Shown one piece after another: positions 1-12,250 of a stretch of 64,000 nt of DNA. Positions within the stretch are counted from its first letter, which is position 1; each line of letters begins with the position of its first letter. The position numbers were made by a program, and so were the translations under genes. The notes under the pieces were generated by a model. It was not told the DNA's origin and made no database searches. It was given only the letters and a program-made list of their open reading frames with translations. Origin of the DNA: Ylistrum balloti (taxonomy: Eukaryota); the NCBI RefSeq assembly GCF_031769215.1, contig NW_026781942.1, forward strand, positions 3,348,001-3,412,000, written 5' to 3'.

Positions 1-89
1 TATGTTACCTTCAACCTTCTAGTGTCAGTTTAAAAACAAAATGTTAGTCAGAAGTGAGGATCCTGCAATATAGGTGTATTTTACAATCT

Positions 90-420
90 GGTTTACCTGC
101 CTGTCTCTCTGGTGTCTATCATAAGTGACTTCATTGTTTGACTGTCTGGTATCTGTCATAAGTGACTTCATTGTTTGGCTGCCTGGTATCTGTCATAAGT
201 GACTTCATTGTTTGGCTGTCTGGTATGTCATATGTGACTGACCTGCTCTACTCTTGACTATCATTGCCAGTTAGCTCTTGGTTTTCTAGTGCGTGCCATA
301 CATCACTTACCTGCTCTGCTCTCTGGCCTATCTCTTTGTGATTTAGCTGATTGACTTTTTGGTTTCTTGTTATATGTGACTTACCTGTTTGGCTTTCTGA
401 CATGCATGACTTACCTGCTC
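90..420 (-). repeat. Diverged tandem array (37 bp units at 115-235) built from the RACGAP1 exon end / 5' splice site
   Basis: ataagtgacttcattgtttg recurs at 121, 158 and 195 (period 37). Related units carry cag|gtaagt/gtcagt/gtaaac donors at 415, 385, 311, 243 and 97. Confidence 0.8.
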
Positions 421-3400
421 TGCTCTCTGGTGTCTGTGGTGTGTTGAACTGGTTAGGGTAGAGGTTTTCCTCATCAATGTTAAGAAAAGACTCCCAATAA
501 TCTATTGGGATCTCAAACAGTTTCTCCATTACCTGTGGATATAACAATCAACTTATTGAATTTTTTCAACATGAATTTAGAACATTTGCAAATTGTTATC
601 TCAAAATGTCCTTGAAGTTAACTGGTAGCAGTGATCTCCACCAAAAGCTATGATCATGAATATTGTAACCTAACTGTGACAGCATTCCTATTAATTCTGT
701 ACAGCAAGTTTTTCCATTTGGCCTCATGAAATATAAAACATGAGCAACTTCAAACCTCTCTGTTCAAGCATTTTATACTCTACTATAGGACAGAATTCAT
801 GTAATAGATAGTATTACCCAGATAGTATTGAATAATTGATAAAATAAGAGCTCTCTCAATTTTTTTTCATATCAGGAAGAATTGTTTTTCCATATTTATC
901 TGCTGCAAGTTTTGAAGTCCCACAGTACACTTTTTCAGAATAATGTAAAATCATATTTTCACACGGCTCTATTTCTGTGGCTTTTCGAGAAAACACTATT
1001 TCATGAACACTTGATTTCCTGGAAAAATATAGTTCAACAAGTACTAATTGTAATGGGGACCATTACAAATGTCCCCCAAACGACCCCTTCAGCAGTAAAT
1101 GATCACAATAATCAGACCTGCAGTCATGCCAAACATGAACACACCAATTTTGAATGGAAATGAGAACGTAAATTTTTAAAACATCAGAAGAGAGGAAATG
1201 GTGATGCTTTTAGTTTGGTAAAAAGAGAAGTGTCCTAACCTCAGTATGACAAAGAGTTTATTTTGTGTCTGCTACTTTCAATATCAAGTACTTCTCAATG
1301 GTCCATTTAAATATATAGGGCAAAAGGCGTCACAATAACACCAACCACACTTTATGCATAAATGGCATTTATTTCTTTTTCACAAAGTACAAAGAATCCA
1401 TCATATTTTAAGCTGAGATGTATTGGGTTGTTTCTTTGTCTTTATGTTTTATTTTTCTTTAAGTAGTCACTAAGAATTCCAGCTTCAGTATGATCTGTTT
1501 CACAAAGTGTCAGTTGTGTCCTCAGGAAAGTGCACATACATGACCAAAATAAAAAATGGACTACGCCATTTTGCTCTGAGCGCCACCTAATATATATATA
1601 CCAATTTTCACAAAAATTGGACAATATCTAAAATTTGGCCAACACGAAAATAGGATAATATCTAAAATTTGGCCAAATTTTGACCACAGCTGTCCGCTCA
1701 GATGACCGATTGGAAAAATTCAAGTGACCTGCATTCCACCTCGCATGTATGAATATGTGTGTGAAGTTTTGTTAAATTCCATGCAATAGTTTTTGAGAAA
1801 CGCGTCGGAAACCTCGCTGGCGGAAGAAAGTGGAAGAAATAAGACTTTGTTTGGGGAACATAATAAAAGTTATACTAATTAGACATTTTGTGATCATATG
1901 AATTCAAGGATTAAGACAAGATGAAATCAAGGAAAATACAGAGGGCACTTAAAGATGCTGTGCATGAAGTATCAAAAACAGGAATAAAGCAGGAGATTAT
2001 TATAATATGACTTTCTGAAACATAAAGATAATCTATCCTACAACTGGAAATTACCACGAAAAGGAATTTTCTATAAATAACATTTATCATCATGACTGAT
2101 GACACTGTAAACTTGCATTTATGACAAAATTTGGGTGAGACTCAAATTTCAAAAGGTGACCTTGAACTTTAACCTATAATGCATTTACTTATCTAAGGTA
2201 GATAGGTCTAAACAAACATACATATGAAATTAAAATGTTGAAACACTGGTTGATTTAAGTTATCACAAAACTGAACAGTGACTAGGGTATGTTGAAGTTG
2301 AACAAATTCAGAGACAGATGATATGTTTTGCCAATACAAGGTGGGCTAAACTGTAGATCCTAGAGATACATATGCAAAAATATTGTGCAATTTTTCTTTT
2401 TATTGAAATTGGTTCCAAAATCAAACACACATCATTCGCAGAAACTTGAGAATTATACATCCAGTAACTCTCAATGTAAGAAATGAACACATTATAACTG
2501 TCAAAGTCCATGAAGGCTACGCGTTATAATGTTACCAACCATACGACAGCATGAAACACGTCATGGTGTAATTTTAAAACAAACTTCTTCACATAGGTGA
2601 ATGAAGATGTGTGTTGTAGGTTTATTTGTGGAGAAGTCAGGTTGACTTGTTGGAGTCTTTCCTATAGATAATGGTAACTTGTATGTTATAAACCCCCCCC
2701 CCCCCCCCCCCATAAATTAATGATTTTACTATAAACAGTTGTCAAAATAGAACCAGGACCATAGGTTTGTTTTAGAATCAAGGTTAAAATTGAATCTAAG
2801 TCTGTGAATTAAAGGTAAGTTAACAGAAAAATTACAAATAAACTGACATGATCAATCTTATACATTGCCCTTTCAGATGACACCAAACCATTCTGCTGCA
2901 CTTTTGTCAAAAAAATCTTTTTGTCCTTACCATGCTCTGGTACTTAGTCTCGTTGATCATCATGAGGGGTTCTGGCTCTGGCACCGAGTAGCCAACTATG
3001 GTGGGGCCAAATACCTTAGCCAAATTACTAGTCGGCATCTTACACTCATGGCACTCGCCCACTCTGAAAATCAACACCATACAATCATAGTCAAATGTTT
3101 TAATCCCTTCCTACACTCATAAGAATCACAAATTCTGCTTAGGAATACATTATACAACTAATGACAACTACATCAAAATGTTATTAATATCAATGTATGA
3201 CTTTAACAAGAGGTATATAGGGCCTGTATCGCTCACCTGGCTTTTTTTGACTAAAATTGCTTATCAAAACTAAAGGAAGGGAATTCTATATATCCAAGAA
3301 CAAAACACAAAATATATCTATTTTCCTAATGAACCTTAACTCTCTGCCCTTAGGGGGTCAGCCAAATCATTCATACTTCAGGCCAAATCATTCCTCAGGC

Positions 3401-6400
3401 ATGTCAGTGAAAAACCAAAGAAATAAGTTTGAAATTCAGTTGATTCACCAGTCCATTGACCAAATGAAGCAAGGGTCTCCCATCCCAGGTAGTCGAGACT
3501 CATAGTAATACAAAATTGATTTCCCCATCATCCAAGAACTCTTCACACCAATTTGCGACAAAATCCAATCATTCCTACAGGAGGAGTAGGATTTTAAAGA
3601 ATTTGCTTTATTTCCCCTATTGACACCATCCCTCCCGCCCCAGGGGGGCAAGACCCTTCTTTTATACAAATTAATTTCCTTTCCCCCAGCAATGCTTCAG
3701 ACCAAATTTAGGCAAAATGCAATCATTCCTACAGGAGGCACAGGATTTTTACAGAATTTGCTCTTTTTCCCCTTTTCAGCCCCACCACTTTGAGTCAGGA
3801 AAGTTAAAAACTTTAATGCTGTTATTGATGAAACAGTGACAAATATTGAGATTTACATACAAATAAGGATTATGAGAACTTAGCTTAGCTGTTGACATCT
3901 ACTTATCAACTACAGAAATATCTCTTTTTTTTTCTGGTGAATATCCAATTGCCAGTGTTGGACAGCATATCAATCATACAAATGATTGGGGGTGTACTTT
4001 TATATCTTAAAAACTTATTTTGCTGTCTGATGCACATATCTTATCTTTTAACAGAATCCTGTAATTATACCTGATGAGATGCAGGATAAGGAAGGCCAGT
4101 GTGTCCCTGTTAGACTGTGGCAGCTGACTTATAGCTTGGTATAATTCAGAATCACCCATAGCACGGTCTCGGTTCTCTAAAAGAAAACAAATTTGCTACA
4201 TATGTTAAATTGTATATTTGAGTTGATATACAATGTATGATACTGAGAAACTCAAACTCTTCTAACCCAGCTAGACAGTTATGACCTTGGAAGTTGCTTT
4301 AATGGAAGTATTTATTAAGACAACACTACACTTTTCAGTAGCAATGATAGACCCACCTGCTGCACTCTTAAAGTCCTTCCACAAAGAAAAAGTGATGACA
4401 GGTTCCTTAAGGCCTCTCAGGAAATCCTTCAGACAGCCGCACACCACATTGATGTCATCAATATGTGACTGAACAGACAAGAGTTTTATTCATACACAAA
4501 ATAAGCTGCAGGGTCTTAGTTTACAAGCAAAGTAATTTTAATCACCACCTTTATAACTAAATCAAAAAACACATTCCAATATAAGTCAAATAGTTTCAAA
4601 CAGAATTTTGTTTTCAAATTCTCTGCAAATGACTGTGCACAAGAATCTTACTAATGACTTTTAAAGTTAAACTTCATTATCTGACCTCTCAGTAAACTGG
4701 TATCAATGCAGGGTCTATTTGCATGATGAGACATATAACAATACTGTCCTGATATTCCATCAATGTGAATATTTACAATATTATTTTTTTCTAGTCTGTT
4801 AAAGTTACTCACCATATTTGGCACTCCCCTCCCTTTGAAGAATTCCTTTTTCAATTCCTTCACCTGTGATTCAGCTCTGATGCAATAAAAGAGATATGAA
4901 ATCACATTAAGAAACGTAAGAGACTTAATGTACTAATGTATACTGATTGGATGTGGATATAGTAGGTTACAATATTGTATAGCTCTGACACATATCTCTT
5001 AATCCTCTACCAATTTACCAGTTATTGGTCATAAAATCAATACTTTTTATTAGGTGAAAGAATCTTTGTGAAGAGCTGAAGTTCAAGAGTCAGCAAGAAG
5101 CTTGCTAAAGCAGAAACAGCCATGTTTGTTTATGAAGAATTCTAAATACTGGAGCTGGATTCCTAGCATTTGTCAAGCTGTCTTTTTTTAATGATATACA
5201 CATTAAAGCTTTGTTTAATTAAGAGCTTTTCAAATAAATTTGTGAATCAATTTTAAAAACACATTTTTTTAATATTTCACATATTAGTGGAGATATTTGG
5301 GGCTAGCAGAATATTGTTTCAGGCTAATGGATTTTAGCAGGCAATTAGCACTGGTTGAATGTATTTTTTTCAAAATAACATCCCTATCTTTTATCTGAAA
5401 CAATGAAATCAGGGAAAATAGAGAGTGATAGTAAAGTTATTCTAAAAAAATGAGACATCCTAACAAAATAAGAATGGTTTGTATTTCTAACCCTTAAATA
5501 CCAAGAACATATTTCACTGAAGACCCTTTTTGCTTTCATCAAAATTTTCAAATTACCTTCTCAAGTGAAAGTTCCAGGTTTATTAATTAATAGAAATATC
5601 TTTTACAATCACAAGCTTTAAGCCTTACCCTGGAACCCTGTAGATTCCCACTTCTGTGAGTCCTCTTGCCTCCACTTCATTTACGCAGTGAACCTGTAAT
5701 AAAAGAAGCAAGACAATTCTGATAGGTTATTTATTTTAAAAGTTTTAAAATCAAAAGTTTAATGAACAGGAGCAAATAAAATTATGATATAATTTTCCTT
5801 CACAGAAACTAGAATTCTGACAGTGCTCTTGTGATACATATACATGTAAATATATGAATAAGTGTTGTATGTTAAAGTATAGTAAAAGAAAAGAGAATAG
5901 CCTTACCACAATCGCTGGAATCATTGGCGGGTCAATAGGAGCATAGTCATTCAACAGGCCCTGTCAAAGAAAACATTCAAATATAGTTCTTTTGTGCAAA
6001 ATAACTGAATATCCTTTTTGTTTAATATTTGATAGATTCAATAAGATTACATTGCAAAACTATAGCCCACCTCTGTTCCCTGGGAGAGACAAATAATATT
6101 TTAATCAAAATTCTTTTTTTATCAATACTGTGCTAGATACATCACAAGCACAGTCATATGCTACATTCTTCTTCAATCATATTCAATATTTAATACAGCT
6201 GAAAGATTAGCAAACCAAACTTAAATCTGTCACCCTCTTACATGAAAACTTTTTGATTTTTACAGATATATATAATTGAATCAAACATTTGCTCAAATCA
6301 AACAAACACAGATTCTAAAAGTTACAACTTACACCAGACATTTTTGTTGTTCCAGGTGTGCTGGGACAGCAAGGCACACATGGTAATGGAAGATTATCTT

Positions 6401-9400
6401 TACAGTCCGGATGACATGTTGCTTTACAGTCTACAAAGAAAACATAAGGCAAGTAACATCAGAACCTGAGTCTTAGTTGGACAAAACAAATATAAACATT
6501 TTGTATTCAGACTAGTTTTCCATCTCAGTACTAATTTCTAACAAGAGTGGTAGCAAGGATTTTCTTAAAATAGAAATGGTGACCTTGACACAACAACACT
6601 GTAAATCAACTCATGTAATATCATGGTCCTTTATATTATGTGAAGTTTGATAAAAATTCATTCCAGAATGAAACTGGCAGTGCTGAGAAATATTTTCTAA
6701 AAACAGAAATAGTGTCCTTGACAACCCGAAACTCAAACTTGTCCAAGATATTATGGTCTTTTTTTATGGGTAGATGTGAAGTTTGATCAATTCCTCACAT
6801 GGAATGAAGCTATAAGGATACTGACAAGGATTTTCTAAAAACATGGTGGTGACCTTGACCCCTGAAATTCACACTTGTTTAAGATACAATGTTCTTAATA
6901 AACAAAGTTTTTTTTTATATTCCTGAAGGAATGAAGCCATTAGAGTCCTGACAAGAACAAGTATTGTATGTGTATGTAGAAATAGAAGGATCCTACATCC
7001 CCTGATATTTGTCATGTAGAGATAATAAGCAGGTATTGTTTATATCACTTACCTTTACACTTCATTGCTAGCTTGCCAAATCTGATTCTCTTTCCACACT
7101 GAAAAATATAACTCATTTTATCAAAAATAATCTGGTAAACCAAAGATGCATAATATACAAATATATAAATGAGGATTAACATTTGTCTGACAATTTTACT
7201 GAACAAGAAATACTGCAAATCATATTCATTGACATTGATATACAAATCCCTCAAACTTCCTCCATTCAATGATATATATATATATATAATGAAGTCAGTA
7301 ATATACTCTTTATTATAATTTCCACAAGAAGGACACACATATTTTGTGTGCAGTTAGAAATTTTATCATATTTTCCAACAATCCTAGTGCTGAGTCTTAC
7401 TTCAACATTATATGATTGACCCCCTCTTTCTAATTCTGGGTATATAAAGGCTTTGTATTAGTGAACAATTTATTCAGACTTTTATTCAAAAGTAAGTTCT
7501 TTCTTGTAAAATTTGTGAGATGTCTATTCAACAATACATACTGGTGCACATGTCTCTGGTTTGATGACCGTCTTAGAGATAAAGAAGTGAATTCTGTTTA
7601 AACCTCGACCAGCAGAACTGGCTTTTCTCAGACGTGGTGTTCTGTTAACAAAGAAATGAAATAAAACATTTGTATTTAACAAGTTCAAAATACTTATTTT
7701 TTTCTTCCAATTTCAACAGACTTCTTTTCAAAAGTATCATATAAAATCTTCAAACCTCATCATGTTAAATATTTCTGTTATGTAGTTGTTAAAAACTGAG
7801 GTTTTCAATTTAAAAGATTTACTGCCTTCATAAAAATTCAGGCACTTAGCTTTACTATAGAACTTAATTAAGGTCTCATAAATTACAAATGACATTAAAT
7901 TAAGTTAATCATTACTGAAGCTGTGGTTATCAAAACAATAGTCCTAAACAATGTGTCAAAGACTACACTTAGTAGTATGTGTGCCAGGTTAAATTTAAAT
8001 ACCCATTTTCCCCCCAAAAGCTTTCTGAACTAGAACCCCAATTCATAAATATACTAAGGTTTAGGCATAAAATGAAGAAATGAACTTGTTGAAAGAGTCT
8101 TATATTCAATTTACAATACATCTGAATTTCTTAATGAAGTAAACATACACTGAATTTGAACATTGTGAAAACTCTGTATTGTAACTTATCACACAAATCA
8201 GACTGGTTGTTAACATGGATGTAAATACTCACTTTGGAGTAGTTCCCTTGAGAATTCCTCTAGATTTTCGTCTGGAACTCTGATTTCTGTTGCCAGGTGT
8301 ACCCAGGTAAGAATCTTCAGATTCGGGTTCACTTTCTGAAAAAAGATGATACTTTATGACATCCTTACAAAATTTCAGTTAAGATGAAATAAACAAGAAG
8401 TTCTGTTTTCATAAATATGAGAACTGTAGTTATACAGTTTGATCATTATAAATACTAGGATTATTCTTGTCATTAAAAGGTTGACATGCAACGGGAGGCA
8501 ATACATTTCAATATTTAAAATCTAAACTTTCATATAAAAGAAAAATTATTTAAGAAGTCAGCACAGATGAACCCTTTTTATTATCTCTTACCAGCATCTC
8601 TATTTGGACTATCCAGGTGTTTGTCCAGAGCTGGTTCACTGAAGCTTTTGTTGAGCGTTTTTGTCTGCGGGATAACCTCAGCAACAGCCCCCACAAGCTT
8701 ACCATCAGCATTAAGGGTGACCGTTGTTGTGGTCACTATGGAGTTGTTTTGTTCCTGTATCATTGAAAAAAAAACAAAAATTCTCAATCTTCCTATGACA
8801 CTCTTCCAAACTCAAACCAGTGAGTAATGTTTCTGATGCTCTCTAGGAAATCCAGTTATAAACACTTCCTGGTGGTAACCTTGATACACTGCTAAACAGA
8901 ACTTTGATTACCTGAGCCTAAACCTTTTGTTCTCCATTAAAAAATGTAAAGCAATTTTAACAACATAAAATACATTATTGGTACCTATATTGTTTTAATT
9001 ACAATGCAAATTTATACCAAGGATATCATTATTTCTACAATATCACCACAAAGAATTTGACCCATGGCACCTGGCTTCCTAGGCTAAAATTCTGAATCAA
9101 GTTTACTAGGACTACATTAGAATAAAACCTCTGCAAGCAAAGATTTAGTTGAACCTACATCTTCATCACTCCTCCTTCGCTTCACAGGTTCATCTTCCAT
9201 TGGTGGTGCAGAGGGTCGCTTGATTTTCCTTCCACTTCGGAGATAAGATGTATCAAGATCATCTTCTGTTTTATCATAAACAGAATCACCAAGTATGGAG
9301 TGTGCTGACTCATTTATTGTCCCAAGTCTATGAAGAAAGAAAACAAAATTGTGCACTGATCTTCTGGAACAAATTTCAAGAATTAGTTTCAAAATATTGG

Positions 9401-11574
9401 TCTTACTGAAATTTTACTTGGCAGAGAAACAGGAACAAAGCGAGATATTCCACACACACACAAAAAAAGAAGAAAAAAACATACTTTCTGCAATGAAGAA
9501 TACATTGTAAATATGACTGCTATGTGAGTTAATGCAGAATTATCTTGACTTGTACCTTCTTGATGGAGAATTGCCCTCTAATTGTGATTGGTAAGTGTTG
9601 TGACTGAGGAAAGCCAATTTTTCTCTGTCCTGTTCATTCAGCATACTTTTTCTATTCTTATCTGTCAGTAATTCCCGAATAAGAGCAATCTGTCTTTCCT
9701 GTAAAGAAAAATAGTGTTTAAGGCATTTTCTGAAAGTGTCTTCAAACACTAACTTAACACAGCGAACAATACTTGCACACTAAAACATTATTGAAAGTTG
9801 ATCCTCATTATTATCCAGGCATTTAGTAGACCCTCAAATGAGTTTCATTCCTAAATATGAAATTTAAATGTCAATTCATATTTAATGACATTTTCTTTTT
9901 AATTACCAGTGTTAGCTACAGATACCTTATTTGTTTATGTACAGTCGAGACTTGTTATCTCGAAATTCAAGGGACAGTGAAAATATTAAGACTTACCTGT
10001 CGTTCAAGTCAAATAAAGTGTATAAATAATGTTGCTGATTTCAGTTTCCTAAATGAAGAAGGGCTACGATTACAGGCAAACAGTGTATTTGAATCTGTTA
10101 TTTGAAATGGCAGTAAATAAACAAATGAATTTGTCCTACTTTCCCTTTTTATTTTTTATTCATGCCAATAGCAAAACATGTAACTCCAAACAAATGCAAT
10201 TGTACTCGTGTCGTTCCCTCCGCAAACATGTACAATACCCTTACTGACCAAGCACATATACATCATACATTTTACAGAATGACATTGAACAAAATTTTAA
10301 TTCGTTTTTGATATGTTACAAGAAACAATGTATGAAGCCACAGATCATATCAATATGACTTTATTATGACTAAATAAACATATGAAAAGTGTGATACTAG
10401 AAAGTTTTTACCTGTTATAGAAAACATTGTACAAGCATTAGACAAATCGCACACAGATAAAGACTCTATCAATGAAAAATACTTTCAGCACTTCATTGTC
10501 CAAACACTAAATCTGACAAAGTGCACAGCCCTTAACAACTTCAAAATTGGTTTCTTTTGGAAATGTGGGTATCAGATTTCGTCAAAAAGTTTGTACTGGT
10601 TTCAGTTACGTTTTTATCGTTCCAGATGACGCAAACAAGCTAAATGTTGTCGTCTTGAATAAACGCACTACTTTTTGATAGTGTACAAATTAGTCACTGC
10701 TACAGGATAATGTGTGTTCACCGGAACGATATGCTGACAATTAGCCACGTGTTACACACAGGTGACTTTCTACTCTTTGTATATATTGACATATTTCGTC
10801 AGAAGACATGCCAATGTTTTGATAAATTTTAATTGATTAATTTCGAGACAATAAATGACTTTACCCTTGCTTTACAAATGAAGGGACTGACAAATCGCAT
10901 CTCAAGCGAAATTTTGATTCATGCAAATTTGAGTCATCTGAACTAAAAATGCAAAGATGCAGAAGGAAAAAAATCCGGACTTGAAAATCATTTTGACTAA
11001 AATGGAATTTCAACTCATGCCATTTCGAGGCAAGTTTTAACTGTATATATCATACATCTTAATATTTATCACATACCAATTGGTCTCGTTCCGATTCTAA
11101 AAATCTTCTGTGTTCCGTTTCTTTACCAATCTGGCTTCTGGCATGCTTCAAAGTAGTCTGTAGGGAGTCATTCTCTTTTTCAAGGACAGAAATTCTTTCG
11201 TGGAGTCTTTCAAATTCTGTTTCTAATGAACACCACTTCTTTAAACAGTCTTGTTGATTTGATACAAAACGTTGGAACTCTGAAAAAAAATCATCATTGG
11301 TCCGTTAAACAATGCAGTGCTGTTCCTATTTCAGTATCTAGCTGCCTGTATCAACATGATGATGAAATGGGAAGTACACAGAGCTGGTCTTTATTTCCAT
11401 GTTTTATTCAAAAGTAAATGCAACACATCTTCCACTTTAAAATCACAAAGGTTAAGAGCTGAACGATTGAACAGGGATCATATTAAACATACCTGGTTCT
11501 ATTCCAACCTGTAACACTTTCGCATTCCTAGACAGGTCGTCAAAGCTGGCTATGAGTGAAAGTTTGGCATCCAT
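415..11574 (-). CDS. RACGAP1: Rac GTPase-activating protein 1 (MgcRacGAP/CYK-4, centralspindlin subunit); 3' end lies beyond the window start
   Basis: 16 GT-AG coding exons with matching phases (minus strand): 11574-11493, 11279-11077, 9698-9556, 9327-9159, 8754-8592, 8335-8233, 7641-7542, 7098-7053, 6430-6333, 5960-5907, 5693-5629, 4876-4813, 4468-4357, 4176-4071, 3063-2931, 532-415 (586 codons). N-terminal coiled coil (MDAKLSLIASFDDLSRN...LKHARSQI...ERQIALIRELL). Intact C1 zinc domain ([49 protein letters not shown]). RhoGAP domain with arginine finger (VHCVNEVEARGLTEVGIYRVPG...LKDFLRGLKEP...NRDTLAFLILHL...NLAKVFGPTIVG). C-terminal TPQTP motif. All match the RACGAP1 family. Confidence 0.96.
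1470..1866 (+). mobile_element. Non-autonomous Helentron/HINE-like element remnant (boundaries approximate)
   Basis: Internal direct repeat atatctaaaatttggccaa, gtgaagttt...tccatgcaatagttt core, and a purine-rich tail ending ctttgtttggggaacataat, as typical of bivalve HINE-like repeats. Confidence 0.4.
3205..3800 (+). mobile_element. Non-autonomous Helentron/HINE-like element (3' boundary approximate)
   Basis: Starts aacaagagg...gggcctgtatcgctcacctgg, the same 5' signature as the elements at 21156 and 50089. Internal ~154 bp core repeat (caatcattcctacaggagg at 3566 and 3720). Confidence 0.6.
6538..7027 (+). mobile_element. HINE-like element with three diverged internal subrepeats
   Basis: Starts aacaagag. 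Three copies of ggattttct(t)aaaa...gtgaccttgac...gtgaagtttgat...ggaatgaagc. Confidence 0.5.
9942..11043. mobile_element. Putative pogo/Tigger-like (Tc1/mariner superfamily) non-autonomous element in RACGAP1 intron 2
   Basis: TA-flanked imperfect terminal inverted repeats: left TA|CAGTCGAGACTTGTTATCTCGAA, right (reverse complement) TA|CAGTTAAAACTTG..CCTCGAA. No transposase ORF inside. Confidence 0.5.
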
Positions 11575-12086
11575 CTGCGGAAAATGGGTGTTGGAGTTCA
11601 GATTGTGATGCGCAATCAACTAAAAACCATTGCAACATATTTTCTTTTCTGTCTTTCCATCCAACAATGATTAATTTTATAGTTTATAGTTATCAGAATT
11701 TATCATATTAACCTTGGTATTTTGTGTCTGATCACAACAACAGGGCTTTGTTACTGAATATATAACAATCACTGTAATGTCCCTGTTTATATACAAATTA
11801 CCTCATTGTAAAGTATCGTTGAACATGATTAACATTCGAACATTTACACGAAATGAGCTCGTATCTGCCCTCATCAGGGATAAACACAGCTAAATCTTTT
11901 ATCTAAAACAAAGATCATCAACACTGTGTAGCCTAGTGGTCTATCATCAACTGGACAGTGATGTTGATGTTCGGCCTCAGAAAACAAAAATACATCTGAT
12001 GTATAATTCATATTAATGCGATTTTTCCACAGATTTACTAGACCTGAAAAGTAACATCGCTTATACAGTAAATAAATGTAATATAC

Positions 12087-12250
12087 CTTTCTGATTCAGC
12101 TGAAAATAACAAATAAACAATTAAATTATCCTTTTTTTCGCCATCAATATTCCCCCTTCCTCTTGCCGGGTGTTTTTGAACTGCTAATGAATTGTCCAAT
12201 CAAAACCGTAGTTGCAAATGATTACGCCACCTGGTGGACTGGCGCGTGAA
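12087..12250 (-). promoter_or_regulatory. Probable RACGAP1 non-coding first exon and proximal promoter with CHR, CCAAT and E2F/CDE-like motifs
   Basis: The RACGAP1 ATG is directly preceded by an acceptor (ttttccgcag|ATG), so a 5'UTR exon must lie upstream. Candidate donor aaag|gtatat at 12087/12086. TTTGAA (CHR) at 12175-12180, CCAAT at 12196-12200 and GGCGCG at 12241-12246 sit in a locally CpG-rich patch. Confidence 0.5.
12223..12240 (-). promoter_or_regulatory. CTCF-like core motif
   Basis: Minus strand AGTCCACCAGGTGGCGTA closely fits the CTCF core consensus (CCACCAGGGGGCGC-like). Motif match only. Confidence 0.45.
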
